A DNA stretch of 63,043 nt, filler included, from Reticulomyxa filosa (taxonomy: Eukaryota; Protista; Foraminifera): the NCBI GenBank assembly GCA_000512085.1. It is 17 parts of 17 records of this genome, joined end to end, with 100 filler letters (N's around TTAATTAATTAA, not from the genome) between each part and the next. Parts side by side here need not be neighbours in the genome. Positions count along the whole stretch, not along the records: positions 22,900 to 26,660 come from ASPP01022861.1; positions 26,761 to 27,953 come from ASPP01045993.1; positions 28,054 to 37,071 come from ASPP01020928.1; positions 37,172 to 38,291 come from ASPP01008081.1; 13 more parts are not named here. One strand, given 5' to 3'. Shown here in pieces: positions 25,129 to 37,885 of the stretch. The notes beneath the pieces are model-generated. The model was not told where the DNA came from. It saw only the letters and a list, made by a program, of their open reading frames with translations, and ran no database searches. The stretch's first letter is position 1, and every line of letters begins with the position of its first letter. The translations under genes were made by a program, and so were the position numbers.

Positions 25129-26112
25129 ATGCCAACTGATAGTTGTTTTGGAAAAATGACCTGCAATTTGAAAAATTTGTTCCAAATCGCGTTGTTTTGC
25201 CTTGTCCTTTTTCTTTTATGTATGTTGGCAGTGAGTTTCAACCCGACGTTTGAGCGTCAGTTGGAAAACCAAGGCATCCATCAGCCTCCCCAATTGATGA
25301 TTGAGATCGTCAAACCCACATTGTTGAACAAAAGTTAATACAAAAAAAAAAAATAAAATAAATAAATAAATAAATAATAATAAAAATGTTAAAAAAAAAG
25401 TCAGTCAAAAGTTGAAGAAACAAAGGAAGAGATCGAAACAAACCGAAAACAAGTGATAATTGGATATTGTTGCGACGACCCCGGTGACTCACTCCGTTGC
25501 AAGCCGCAAAGATTTGTGCGAGACCTGACAGAGGGCGTGTTTGCAAAGGATTGGGACGCATTTCGAATTGTGTACCAGCAGTGCACGCAAAGTGGACAGC
25601 CTCCAAAGTGGACGTATAACTACAGTGCCGAGACTACGTCGACGAAAGAGCAGAGGAGAAGCCGCATGTTGATCGAGTGGACTCCTAAAAAAAAGGAGTT
25701 ATGGTATCGTCCGGACCTGATGTTATGCCAAGGATACTTTTACCATGAAAACGTGGTCAAGAGTCGCGAGGAGGCCCCAGAGATTGTGCTCAACGAAACG
25801 CAGATCGATTTTGCCAAAGATCATGGACTGCTGTTATCCCACTCCAAAAAAGTGAAAGTGCATCAACAGCGACCTTTTCTCACCACATATAACACGGAGC
25901 CTTGGGGAGGGGGGTACTGCAATCGCTACGACGTCGTCATGGACAGCGTTCGATATCCACGTTTCTATGGCTGTCTGGGCATTTATGTACCTACCGTCTT
26001 TTTTTTCGAATATGAGCGGAGGTATAATTTTAGTGATCAACTCATTCGCCCATTTTGGATGATGAAGCAAATCGGACATTCAATCACTGGCAACAGTACG
26101 AATGATAATTAC

Positions 26113-26158
<46 letters not shown>

Positions 26159-26660
26159 CAGCCGAAGATATGGAAAAATATTTGAATGACATACTTTCGA
26201 GCAAAACCGAGTCAATATTATTCTTAGTACGTATGTGTTATGAACGCTACTATACTCCTCAAGCATTGATACGTGTGGTGTTTTTCGATTTGCTGTTGCA
26301 ATTGTACAAAGACCGCCACATGGCCCATTTGCCACTGTCGCTGAGCACTTGTCGAAAGACGGACCACCACTACTTGGAGAGTCACACGTCCCTACCACGA
26401 CACTTTTTCCACAACTGTCCCAAACATATCGACTTGTCTCGAGAACTCGACTTTGACGTTGCCGTCGCAAAAAATGCCTCGTTTTGCAGTGGATACGGCC
26501 CTACCGACGGTGCTGTGCATTTGGCAAGACCTTTCAAATTTCTTATTGCTTTTGAAAACTCAGAGTTTTTTTTTGTCGATTAAAATATATGTACATATAT
26601 GTATACGTATCCCTCAAGTCGTTCACTACAAAATATATGTACATATATATATATATATAT
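25129..26660 (+). CDS. Type II membrane glycosyltransferase, probable GT10 alpha-1,3-fucosyltransferase, 3' truncated
   Basis: N-terminal signal-anchor (LFQIALFCLVLFLLCMLAVSF). The long exon ends in RPFKFLIAFENSE, the first half of the GT10 motif (YKFxLAFENS...DYxTEK). Confidence 0.62.
26110..26157 (+). repeat. (AAT)n microsatellite encoding poly-Asn
   Basis: Near-perfect AAT run inside the GT10 exon. Similar coding tracts at about 2657-2710, 3150-3185 and 56562-56605. Confidence 0.9.
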
Positions 26661-26849
26661 NNNNNNNNNNNNNNNNNNNNNNNNNNNNNNNNNNNNNNNN
26701 NNNNTTAATTAATTAANNNNNNNNNNNNNNNNNNNNNNNNNNNNNNNNNNNNNNNNNNNNTTGCTTTTTGTTCTATTGCTGTTATCGTATCATGTACTTT
26801 TTCATATCGGTCAGTTTTTCTTTGTACTTGTGTTCCATTTTGTAAAGCA

Positions 26850-27850
26850 ACAGTGGGCCATAGACAACCTCAGATGATTCGTAGCATTCTCATCCTACAC
26901 AGACTAGCTGCGCTCGCGTCATGAGGTCGTTCACTTTCACCTTGTTCTTCGCCTTCTTCGCTGTTTCTGCAAACAGTAGTTTGAATAGTTTTTAGCTTTT
27001 AGAAGATTTTACATACACATATATTGCAAACAATACAAGTTTTTCTTATATATTTATTTTGTTTTGTTTTAACTAACTCTGTTGCGAATATGCGGACCAT
27101 TATGGTCTTGGAATTGCTCTTATGAATTTATATTTTTTTTTAAAACAAAATGAAAAATTTATATAATGTGGTTTATCAGATAAAAAAAAATTGCTGCTTG
27201 ACAGAAAGCATGATCAACATATGTGAACGTGACAACACAGCATTCAAAGCGTACTTCGCAGTAATGCAATTGCTTATAGCTTTTACAACGAAACGTCAAA
27301 GTCTTGTGGTGACAAAATGTATACTTTGATTATGTTTTCCACTTGCGTCTTGACTGTTTGGAAATTTTGTCAAATTTGCAAGGTTTTTTGCATGATTTGG
27401 CATCAAGCAGATCCATTAGATCGTTTGTGTTCATTAGCATGCACAAACTCGCAAAGGACCCAAGATAAACGTTCTTACATATTATGTTAATCAATTATAA
27501 TCTTTGTAAATTTGAATAATTTTCACATAAACTTTTTACTCTTTAATGATAGATTGACAATTGCGATCGTTGTTGTCGTATATACATATATAATTTTTAT
27601 GCAAATATTGTTTTATGCTTAGTAAACAAAAGATTTACATGTACAACTTTGACCATAACAAAAGATTTTGACATTATATCGCTCCAAAGTTGCGTCCACC
27701 ATTGGGTCGCAAATTTTGTTGAACACGTCATCTTGCGACGCTTCGGATGGAAACATTTGGTCTAAGTGCACTTGTACTGCTTTTAGGAATTCTCAATGTC
27801 ACACTTTGTTGATCCAAAAACGCTGTCAGTATGTCCACTAAGTTCTGTAT
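26850..27850 (-). pseudogene. Degenerate kinesin motor-domain gene
   Basis: Manual translation gives, in order: LDQMFPSEASQDDVFNKICDPMVDATLERYNVKIFCYGQ, VYVKIIQIYK, DLMDLL, LNAVLSRSHMLIMLSVKQ, SKTIMV, FAETAKKAKNKVKVNDLMTRAQL. The GSGKT and DLAGSE segments were not found, and there are frameshifts and stops. Confidence 0.78.
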
Positions 27851-28053
27851 ACATGTTCATTTATATATTTGCCATTGTTTGTTTTAAAGAAGCACTTTTG
27901 AAAGTACGTAAAAAAAAGTATGATAATCCCTTGTACCTCTTGAGCTGCGTACCNNNNNNNNNNNNNNNNNNNNNNNNNNNNNNNNNNNNNNNNNNNNTTA
28001 ATTAATTAANNNNNNNNNNNNNNNNNNNNNNNNNNNNNNNNNNNNNNNNNNNN

Positions 28054-28964
28054 GAACAAAAAAAAAAAAAAGAATTTTTTTTTTGGAAAGGGGGGGGACA
28101 AAAAAAAAAAACAGGTCATGTGAGGAAATATCACAGTTAATATTAAAATAACAACTAACAACACGGGACAAAAGGCAAAACTGTTCTGCTTGCTTAAGCC
28201 CCGAGTCCGACTTGTGGAACCCCAAACCAAACCTTTGCCCGTTTTCATCCGTGAAGCTGTGGAAATTTTGTGACTTTTCTTTGTAGAAACACTCGGCCGA
28301 ACAATTTGCATTTAGTAATACTTGTTGCGATTGAGCGGTCCACGCTATCAATCGATGGGACCCGTCAGCACTGTCATAACACAGATGCACCTATCCACCC
28401 ATTTTGTTGTCATGTACTCTTTCTCAAGGGTCTTCTACAATAGTTTTTTTAAGAAAAACAAAAAAAAAAAAGGGGAGACAATACGTGCGTATACGTTCAA
28501 ACTTCAAAAACAAATTCTTTTGCCGTATTTATTCCTCCTTTTCTCTTTCTTCCATTTAAAAAAAAAAAGCAAATATTGAATAGCTTAAAAAAAAAATATT
28601 AAGAATTTTAAAAAAATAAGTTTTTTTTTCTTTTTCACTCAATCTAGAACAACAAATTTGCAAAAAACAAAAAGACCCAACTTCCGACCATCCACCATCC
28701 CCTGATACCACCCATTTACGGTTTTGCAAGTTGTAAATCACAGCGTAACAAGATTTCACTGATCTCTCGGTTGACGCTCCTGGAGATCCAGGAGTGCGGG
28801 GGGATCCAGGAGAACGAGGAGACGAGGGCACATTTTTGGCCGAAAATCCTTCTCCTTGGTAAGTGCTATATGAATTTGTGTGTGCTTTTGTTGTTGCTTG
28901 AAGGCATCAATGATGGACAATGCATAAGTGAAATATCAGACACAAATAAATCAACTCACGTCAT
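28054..28964 (-). CDS. EVH1/WH1-domain protein (Ena/VASP/Spred-like), 5' part
   Basis: AVIYNLQNRKWVVSGDGGWSE|VHLCYDSADGSHRLIAW...VLLNAN...YKEKSQNFHSFTDENGQRFGLGF...AEQF is an EVH1 fold. Probable first exon ATGAC|gtgagt at 28964. Confidence 0.82.
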
Positions 28965-29281
28965 CTTCAATATGAATTTGCCCAGAAATTTTCACAACTG
29001 ACACTGAATTTTGCTAACTCTTTTTGCTTTGAAAAACGCAAGGCCGAATTGAAAAATCAAAGCTAAACTGCTTGTTTGCGTGAATTTTTTTTGTTTGTGA
29101 ATGTAATGTCATTATAACTTTTTTGTTGTTTTGATGAAACCGATAACTTTCAGTTCGGTCAAATATTAGGATTTTTTTTTTTTTGTTTAACTTAGTTTGT
29201 TTTTCTCCCCCCCCCCTGATTGTATCAGCAGTTTGTGTGCAAGATTTGATTTGTTGGACATTGTCCACTGGTGGAAAAAAC

Positions 29282-30730
29282 ATGGGCTTGATTTCATCAA
29301 AATCAGACGTAAGCCAGCCAACTTCTCAAAAGAAGAATACAAAAAAAAGCGTGTCAAAATGCATAGTATACCCACACAAGTACTCGACAAAGGACGATTT
29401 GAATAGTTTCCTGTTGAAATATGGGAAGAAAAAGCCGTACAATATTCAATCAAGAAAAAAATTTCACAAGATAATGTATACATTCAATGCAATTGAGCAG
29501 TGTTATATTTTTAAGGATTACCACTTGCCGTTGTTATTCGACACAATTTGTGGTTTTACAATCGGATATCATAAGATTGAGTTTTTGACATTTTACCAAG
29601 AGAACATCCGAATTTACTATTGCACGGGACGCAGCGTGCCGTTCGACGACATGGCGTTTGAATTGATCCAAGTGTGTCCAGGTCCAAATCAAGTGCAAAT
29701 AGCACAGTATGAAGGATCAGCAACATCGATGGCATCAGTATCACAATTGGAAAGCGGTAGAATAAGACAATCGTTGTCAGCACCAGTATCGCCTTCTACT
29801 TCAGGATCGGGTGTATTGACATCAGCATTGGGATTGACAATCACATCATCATCATCAATACCATTAGCATCATCAGCATCATCATCAGCATCATCATCAT
29901 CATCATCAATATCATTAGCATCAGCAACAACGACATCAACGACATCAACGACATCAACAACATTAATACCAACATCTTCATCCCCATCCGCATCAACATC
30001 AACATCAACATCAACATCAACATCAATGTCTGTGGCTTGGACCAATGCGACCACTTCAACCACTGCACATTACAACTATCTCGCCAGCTATTGGCTCAAG
30101 TATTTCGAACTGTCCTCGACGGTGCTGCTGGAGGTGTTCACCATAGACTTGAAGTGGCTGCTCTACTCGCCCTTCCAAGACTACACCAACAGTGGGGGCG
30201 GATGCGTCGGCTTTTTGGATGACATTTACAAGATTTGGTGCAGCGAATACTTGCCGCATTTGCACAAAGTCAAATGCAATAACAGCATTCTGCTCTTTTT
30301 GAACAGCAAGCTGTTCCGCACTTTCCACTTACCCGACGCCGATGAGGACGCAGGTGTCAATGTTGGTATTGATATCGACATCGATGCCGATGCTGATGCT
30401 GATGATACTCGTCTCCTTGCGAATGTCAATACCAATACCAATAATGTCAATGCCAATACCGGCATCAAGTTCACCCCTTTAGACTACACTCAAGTCGTCA
30501 AAACCAATCCACGCGTTTTCAAAAACTACTCCCACTTTGTTATCAACAACGCTTCCATGGGCACCTACGAAAATGAAATCATGGACTTTCTTATGAATCG
30601 CTTCCGCAATCAGAGCCAAAAACGCGTTTATTGTCACAACATTCAAGATATCGTCTTGGACGAACAGATACTCAATGATGTACAGCACTGTCTAATTAAT
30701 AACTCTTTGTGGAGGGGGGGCTTGCTTTAA
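29282..30730 (+). CDS. Highly divergent heterotrimeric G-protein alpha-like protein with Ser/Thr-rich insertion
   Basis: N-terminal MGLISS (myristoylation-like). YWLKYFELSSTVLLEVFTIDL, NNSILLFLNSKLF and KRVYCHN...ILNDVQHCLINNSLWRGGLL match the G-alpha C-terminal half. G1, G3 and G4 motifs are degenerate. Confidence 0.68.
   Translation: MGLISSKSDVSQPTSQKKNTKKSVSKCIVYPHKYSTKDDLNSFLLKYGKKKPYNIQSRKKFHKIMYTFNAIEQCYIFKDYHLPLLFDTICGFTIGYHKIEFLTFYQENIRIYYCTGRSVPFDDMAFELIQVCPGPNQVQIAQYEGSATSMASVSQLESGRIRQSLSAPVSPSTSGSGVLTSALGLTITSSSSIPLASSASSSASSSSSSISLASATTTSTTSTTSTTLIPTSSSPSASTSTSTSTSTSMSVAWTNATTSTTAHYNYLASYWLKYFELSSTVLLEVFTIDLKWLLYSPFQDYTNSGGGCVGFLDDIYKIWCSEYLPHLHKVKCNNSILLFLNSKLFRTFHLPDADEDAGVNVGIDIDIDADADADDTRLLANVNTNTNNVNANTGIKFTPLDYTQVVKTNPRVFKNYSHFVINNASMGTYENEIMDFLMNRFRNQSQKRVYCHNIQDIVLDEQILNDVQHCLINNSLWRGGLL
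29841..30025 (+). repeat. (TCA)n and (ACATCA)n repeats encoding a Ser/Thr-rich insertion
   Basis: Tandem TCA/GCA and ACATCA units within the G-alpha-like ORF. Confidence 0.85.
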
Positions 30731-31412
30731 AATTTTTTTTCTTTCCCCCCCCCCTCTCTTTCCCCTTAAAAACAAAAAAACTCTTCGGGGATTTTACGTT
30801 TGTTTTTTTTTTTTTTTGTGCTTACTACTTCTTGTTTTTTTGTTTGTTTGTTATTTGTTATTTGTCGTTTGTCTCTGTTTTGTTTGCTTTTTCTGCTCTA
30901 ACCATTTGGAAATGTTAAAGTTATTTGAAACACCACGCTATTTTTTTTGGTCATCGCGTGAAACAACTTAGTGACTGGCAAGGGAGGGAACGTGCACTTT
31001 TAGCTTGAGGCTTTTTGTATCTTTGCTCTTGAGAAAGATCGGAATCTCTTTGGAGTCTCTTTTTTTCCTTCCCCTCCAAGACTTGTATGTCGACAAACAT
31101 GCTGAATTGCCTTACAAGGACACAACTTACTCTATTTTTCGATGTTCCCTTGAAGCAAGACCAAAACTGAGCTACTGACTTTTCAGACGACTTTTTCCAT
31201 AAAAACAAACCCAATTTTTTAAAAATATTTACAAACGTTGGAGTCTTTAGATATGAATTGTTTTTTAATAATCTTTGTTTCATGTCGATTAAAATACCAT
31301 TTTTCAGATTATTTTGTAAATTACGCAAAAAAAAAAGACAAAACGCTCAACAGTTTTACTCTAATGAACGTAGTTGCTCCTTTTCACAAAAAAAAAAAAA
31401 AAGGAATTGGTA

Positions 31413-32653
31413 ATGTCGGCTAAAAGCGGTAAACCAAAAAAAAAAAGTCCTCTACGTCAAAAAAGGCAAATCAAGCACCTTCAGAACCAATACTAGATCC
31501 TTCGTTAAAAATTGAGTACTGGGTGTTGGCCGCGCTTGTAGTGCCGTTAATTGTTGGGATTATTGTTCATTTTGCCCGCAATGCACACAAGGAAGCACCA
31601 CAAGACGAAGAAAAGGGAATACACTCTGAATCAACATTTTGGCAACTGAAGTCCCTTCCAGAAGACAATGTGCATATTTGGAATGAATTTGCTGGAAGCG
31701 AGTATGAATTGATAGGTGGCAATGAAAAATCCGGGCTGAATTTATGGATTGTGCAAAACTACTTGGAGAACTCAGTCGCACGAGCTATCCACGACATTTT
31801 GACCGATGATTTTTTGCGGATTGATTCCGAGTTGGAAGAGGTCGACACTCCATGGGTATTTACTTATAACGAATATAATAAAAAGATTAGAAACAACCAG
31901 GCCGACAAGAATAAAATTATCCAAAGACAAACGAACAAACTGAAAAACCATGAATTTGCATACATCAAATACGAATACATGAGAAACAGCACACTTTATA
32001 AGAAACTGATACATTGGTTAAACTCTTCCACGAACATGGACTCTTTATCGGGTTGAGTGTATTTATGTGTGTACTATATTTTGTGTTTATGGATGCGTAC
32101 GTATTCTCAATTCGACCTTTTTTTTTTTTTTTGATTATCAAAATATTCGGAAATTGCACATCCGCTCATTTCTTACTCTTGTGCATATATGTGATAGATA
32201 TTTATGTATGTGTATACACATACATAACGTACATTAGTATTACTCAAAGACAAAGTCACGATGCTAACAGATATGTTTGTAACGGCATATGGACATAAAC
32301 ATTTTTTATCATGGCATAATGATTACGGCCTCGGAAAGTATGCGTTTGTCTACATGCTGTCCTCCGATTGGAACGGCGAGGAGTATGGTGGTCGATTGTT
32401 ATTTTCTTGTCCCAAAAGTAGTCCGGTTTTTCAGGCGAATACGTACTCTCGCTCGGTGTGCAAAACACTAAATCCTGCATTCAATACCTTGGTATTGTTT
32501 ACTGTCTTTCCCAATAATGTTCCACACATGGTTGAACAAATTTTAGTCGATGCAAAACCAAGGTTGGCCATCACTGGATGGATCACAAACAAAAAAGAAG
32601 AAGGTTTTGACCGTACTAGTTCTTATTATGAACAACTTGGAAATATTGTTTAG
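31413..32653 (+). CDS. Membrane-anchored 2OG-Fe(II) oxygenase (prolyl-hydroxylase-like)
   Basis: TM segment WVLAALVVPLIVGIIVHF. FLSWHND (HxD), AFVYML..DW..EYGGRL, PAFNTLVLF, PHMVEQI (distal His), RLAITGW (2OG-binding Arg). One intron at about 32052-32250. The start is out of frame across an A-run. Confidence 0.88.
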
Positions 32654-34335
32654 AGACACCAATTTCTTCCGCTTTTGGACAACTTTTTTTTGAAGGAGAA
32701 TAGACCATTTCAAGGCATTTTCTGCACAATGCTTTGTTTCAAATTATGCACATTCGGCTCTACAAACTGTGTAAAAGGTCCACAAAGAAAGACTCACGGG
32801 AATGAAACAAACTGCAAATCTAAAATTTCTTTTAAATTGACACCTTACCTAAAAGTAACGTGAACTCAAGTAATACGAGATAGATAATTGATATTTGAAA
32901 AATGCAATGATTCAAAAAATTGATAGCTAAAACATTATGCTTTATAATTAATCTTTTCAATGAAAAATAACTTGACCAAATTTTTTTTACCGCCGAAAGT
33001 AAAGGCTATCTGAACCTGGAATCTTTTTTCTCTTTTATCTCCTTACTTCTGTTTCGTTTTATGTATTTGTTTTTATGGAATTTTGCTCAAAAAGCACTTG
33101 TACCACTAGCAGCTCTTATCACAATAGTTTTAAATCGCATATTTCAAAATTTAAATTGAATTTTTCATAAATTTTGGTAATTTTTAATTCTATCTATTGT
33201 AATGAGAAACAAAAATTTTTAAAGCATTTGTGGATGAAAATAATCAGAAATAATTTTTAAACTTGGATTAATATTGAGTTTTCATCAAAGAAAATGATGT
33301 CTTTGTGTATTGTATTGAGTCACTTGTATTAACAGCTCAATAACCAAATTTTTAATAAATAAGTTGAGAAAATATGGTCTTTTAACTCTATAATATTTTT
33401 TACGTATCAAACCTAATCCTAGACTCTATTCTAGTGTCAGTTTTCCTAATAATCACAATTGTTGAAATTTTTTTGTTCATTAAGATTTTAATCTTTTTAG
33501 CACATTCTTTTTAGTTTTTTTGCTACAGCTGGCACCTTGCCGTCGAAAGATATCCAATGTTCACACAAGTTTTACACATCTGCAGATCCAATGAAAAAAG
33601 TACTTATCAAAAATATATAATTAATTTAAATAGTTTTTGAAGTGCCCCATTAAAAAGGAAGGCATCTATTGTTTTCAATGCACATCAATGTCATTAAAAA
33701 TATTTTTCATGGAGAAACTGCTAACATTCAGTATACAATAACAAAATAACACGTAAGACATAAATCAAAGGTAATCTGGACAAGTGACAATAACAATCAA
33801 AGAAATAAAAATTAAAAATACATTGTTTGTGTTGAAGGCATCCTTCACAAAAAGAAAAATCAAGTATTCCATCTTTTTATTGGTAGCTTTTTTTGGGGGG
33901 TAATTTCAATTTGAGGAATTTCTGTTTATTAAAAACACGTTTAAACTCATTCACTACACTGACATCACTTGTAAACTCAGCTGCTGAAAAAAATGTGTTT
34001 CTTTTTGTTCGTTTCGAAATTTTCTAGTTATGACAAAATTTTTTTTTTTGTCAATCATCAAAGCAAAACAAAAAATCTCATACAATGAAAGATTACGTTT
34101 CACCGAAACTCAAAAGTCATAAAAAACAAAAATTTCAAACTACACCCGGTGCGAAAACCGAGTTCCTAAAACCAGAGAAGAAACACATAATTCATCAACC
34201 AAAAAAAAACAAAACAAAATCATACTACGTTATCAGAAAAAAAATGATTAAAAAAACAAAAGCTTGAAGACAATTCCATAGACACCAGCACCAGTGTGGC
34301 TCTTTTTTTTTCCGCTTGTGTTCTTTCAGTTCTTG

Positions 34336-35708
34336 TTACATTCCCCCAACACAAATAATTATCACTAAAGCCAAAATCCATAAAGCCAAATTTGAACCCA
34401 TGGCTGCGCTGACATGCTCATGGCAAGATACCATCTATGTGTACGTCAACAATCTCACTTTGATAATGAGGCACACAGCACCACATCTCCCCTTTCCCCC
34501 TCTCCAAAAAAAAAAAAAAAAAAAAATTAACTCTGCCTAAAAAAGCAATGTTGGTGCCTTCCAAAGTGGCAATGTGCTCGCATGATGCACTTTGTGGAAT
34601 AATCCAATCAAAACAATAAAGCCTGGAATCGCACATTTGAGCAGGAAACATGGAAGAGGACGGATAAAATGTCGAGGTCATGTTTGGGAACTCGGTAGTT
34701 GGCCAAGTTTCTGGGGCCTGCGAACTTGACGAAGTTGCTGGGGCTTGTGAGGTATCTGCTTTCACTCCGCCTGTTGTTGCTGGGTTTGCTGTCGATGTCT
34801 GTGGGTTCATTGTGGTTGACGTCGATGCCGGGATTGACGGAACTATCTGTGTTGTCAACGGGTATTCAGTAGTAAATGGGTATTCTGTGCTCGAAGGAAA
34901 GAAGCTCGTTGTATACTCGGTTATATTATTTATATTCACCGTACTGCTTCTTCCACTAGAATGTGCCATTGACATAAACCATTCAAATACTGTTTGCTGT
35001 GAATTACAATAAATTCTATAACCATTATTATTATTATTTTTTTTTTTTGTAAGTGTTTGTCAATGCATCCGAAAACAGGGAGCAAAAGGCTCATTTCGTT
35101 TTGTCCATGTCTGGAAGAAGAAAAAAAAAAAAAAAGGGGAAAATTTCTTAACGAAAATGTCTGTCCTAAGACATCCGTTTGGTCCACACATGCATTTAAT
35201 CCTGCGAAAATGTGTTGCAAATTTGAGCAAACATTAGTCCCACTAAAGTTTGAAGCAACGTATAATTCAACATACGTATTGTATCCACCACATTCGAAAT
35301 AACCAACTTCTTCAAATGTTTGGTTATCGATTCTCCATACCTTTGGCTGACCGATTGGAGTGATGCATTGTGTATCATTGAACTCCTATTTTTTTTGTTT
35401 CCCATTCGCCCACTTAAAAAAAAATGTACAGAACAGCAACAACGCTCGAAAAAATACGTAACTTGGGTTGCCATTACACCATTACTACACGCATGGTAAT
35501 AAGATGTTTGTCTGCTTGTGACCAGGCTATGGGCTGTGCATTTACCAATTGCAAATGGAAAAGGAACTGTAACCCCGTCAATTAACTCCAGCCAATCGAC
35601 CACGTAATTGTTTATCCCACTGTTTGTCAAAGGAGTTTCTCCGGTGTTTGGGCAAGTGATCGCATAAGTTAAACTTCCCAAGCACAACGCCACCGCAAAA
35701 AACAACAT
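34336..35708 (-). CDS. Secreted Cys-rich, mucin-like surface protein with probable GPI-anchor signal
   Basis: Signal peptide MLFFAVALCLGSLTYA, Cys-containing exons, a Ser/Thr/Pro stalk with TEYP repeats, and terminal exon MVSCHEHVSAAMGSNLALWILALVIIICVGGM*. Confidence 0.7.
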
Positions 35709-36563
35709 CTATATTTTAAACCCGAGAGTAGAAGATAAAAAGGATTATTAAAAATAAAAAAGAAAGCCAAACTAACACGTTGTAAGAATTTTTTTCTTCT
35801 AAAGCTCCCTTACACTCTTGACTTGTTTATACTGACCAACAAGAAAATTGATTTTGTTGCACTGTTTTCAAAAGTGAGTGGTTTTCTGCAGAAATTTTCT
35901 TAATTTTTGAACAAATGCTATTTAAATGATACAATTACCTTATCAAAAGAATATTTTAAAATTGACACTTAAATTATACAATAATCTTTCATTTGCAAGT
36001 TACACAACTTGTTATATTACAGCTCTTCCTGTTTACAATTTCAAAAAGGGATACCTTCTTTCAGTTGTCGATCCTTCCACTGGGATACTTTCAGCCATTC
36101 GGTCAATCAATTTTCTATTTGAAAAAATTTGTTGGTAATGTAGTAAGAATTTTTTCTCTAAGTTTTTCAATTGACAGTTACGTTGAACACAGGAACAACA
36201 AGGATCAGTCATGAAATGCTTGAAAAATTTTCGTCATTTTCAAAAGAAAAACAAGGGTAACACGTCTGGTTGGAAACCACAATCCTTAACAAAGGCAAAA
36301 AAAAAACAGCCTAATTTTCCTTTTAAAAACAAACAAAAAAATATAACAAGAAAAACAAGTAAAAATGCCCCCTTAAAATGCAAAATATGTTGTCTTTACA
36401 AGAGGGTATGAAGATGGGGAGAGAAGAAAAAAAAGCACGTATGTCTTATGAAAAATCGCCTTATATGGACGAATGAAATTAAAACAAATCAACATTGGAC
36501 TAAACAAAAAAAGAATGATGTTTTTGCATTTTTCAATTTAGACGGCTTCTTCATTTGTTGGAA

Positions 36564-37071
36564 CTATTGCCTGTTGGTTTGTGGTGGTGGAAAAATAGCT
36601 TTTGTGCTATCTTTCATCTGGTTATCATATGCTTTCTCACGTGGTTTTATTCGATACATACACTCGAGGCACACCGCGGTAACACAAATAGATGCAAGGT
36701 ACAAATACAACAAGGCTTTGAATGGCAAGTAAAGAGAGCCAGCTACCGCTCCTACTATCATAGTGAAGAACGAAAAGATAATCAAAGCATAGCCAATGAC
36801 AGAGTGAATTGACGAGCATTTGGATTGCTTCAATTCGATTTCTTCGTTTATATGATTGTAATTCAACATATTTCGGAAGCAGTACAATCCGGACATCACC
36901 GAGTACACACCAATAACTAGTAAAAGGATGTATCCACAAATTGCGTGCATCGACGTGGATAGAGATGACTTCAATTCACTCAATTGTGCAAAAAATCCAA
37001 GCCAAGCCAATACATAAGCAATCATCGTGCCGATACGGTGAAATTGTGTTACGTGTTCGTACCTTTTTTTT
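36564..37071 (-). CDS. 3' fragment of a multi-pass membrane protein
   Basis: 153-codon ORF with four hydrophobic segments, two preceded by His (MHAICGYILL, IHSVIGYALII), reminiscent of cytochrome b561-type heme ligands. 5' end cut by the linker. Confidence 0.55.
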
Positions 37072-37171
37072 NNNNNNNNNNNNNNNNNNNNNNNNNNNNN
37101 NNNNNNNNNNNNNNNTTAATTAATTAANNNNNNNNNNNNNNNNNNNNNNNNNNNNNNNNNNNNNNNNNNNN

Positions 37172-37885
37172 GGAATGGAATGCCAATGGCACCAAATGAA
37201 TGCATGCAGACCAGTCTCCGCTCTTCGAAGATGTTTAAGTGTAATGACGACAATAGCGGTGTTAATGTTCTGACATTTGCTACGCCAGGTGTTTTTTTTT
37301 TTTTTTTTTAAATGATATCTATAAAAAAAAAAAAAAAAAATAACGTATATAAACGTATGTACAGATTGCACTGGCTCAAATAGTTTCAGTTCCCTGGATG
37401 GCCCCTTTAATTGCATAGGAACCACTTCATGCTTTGCAGAATATACCAAATATGAAAATCCTGATCCTACAGAGCAATGTCTTAAATCAACTGATACCAT
37501 TATCTCACGCCAGATCTATTCGGTTACATGTGCAACCGATTATTCATTCATAGCTACTATGGTGACCTGTGAAAATGAAATTCTTACTTTCTACTTGTTA
37601 CGTATAAAAAATTTAAAAAATAAAAATAAAAATAAGAATGTTGACTTTGAAATGTTTTGTAAACAAAATTATTTCGGGGGTACAAATAGCAACTACGACA
37701 GCATCAATCAATACTTTTGTGGTTACAGTGTTAACACACTCCAATATGCTAGTGGTTGCAAAGAAGACGATAGTAATGAGTACTATCAGTACAAAGTCAT
37801 TTGTTCGATGGGTAACAATTTTGCCGTTTCCTGGATTCATGCTTTTCTTATTGCTTTTGTTTTTGTTTTTGTTTCTCTCTTTTGA
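37172..37885 (+). CDS. 3' part of a Cys-rich secreted protein with hydrophobic (GPI-like) C-terminus
   Basis: Spliceable exons PMAPNECMQTSLRSSKMFKCND...|DCTGS...FNCIGTTSC...|...YKVICSMGNNFAVSWIHAFLIAFVFVFVSLF*. Confidence 0.62.
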
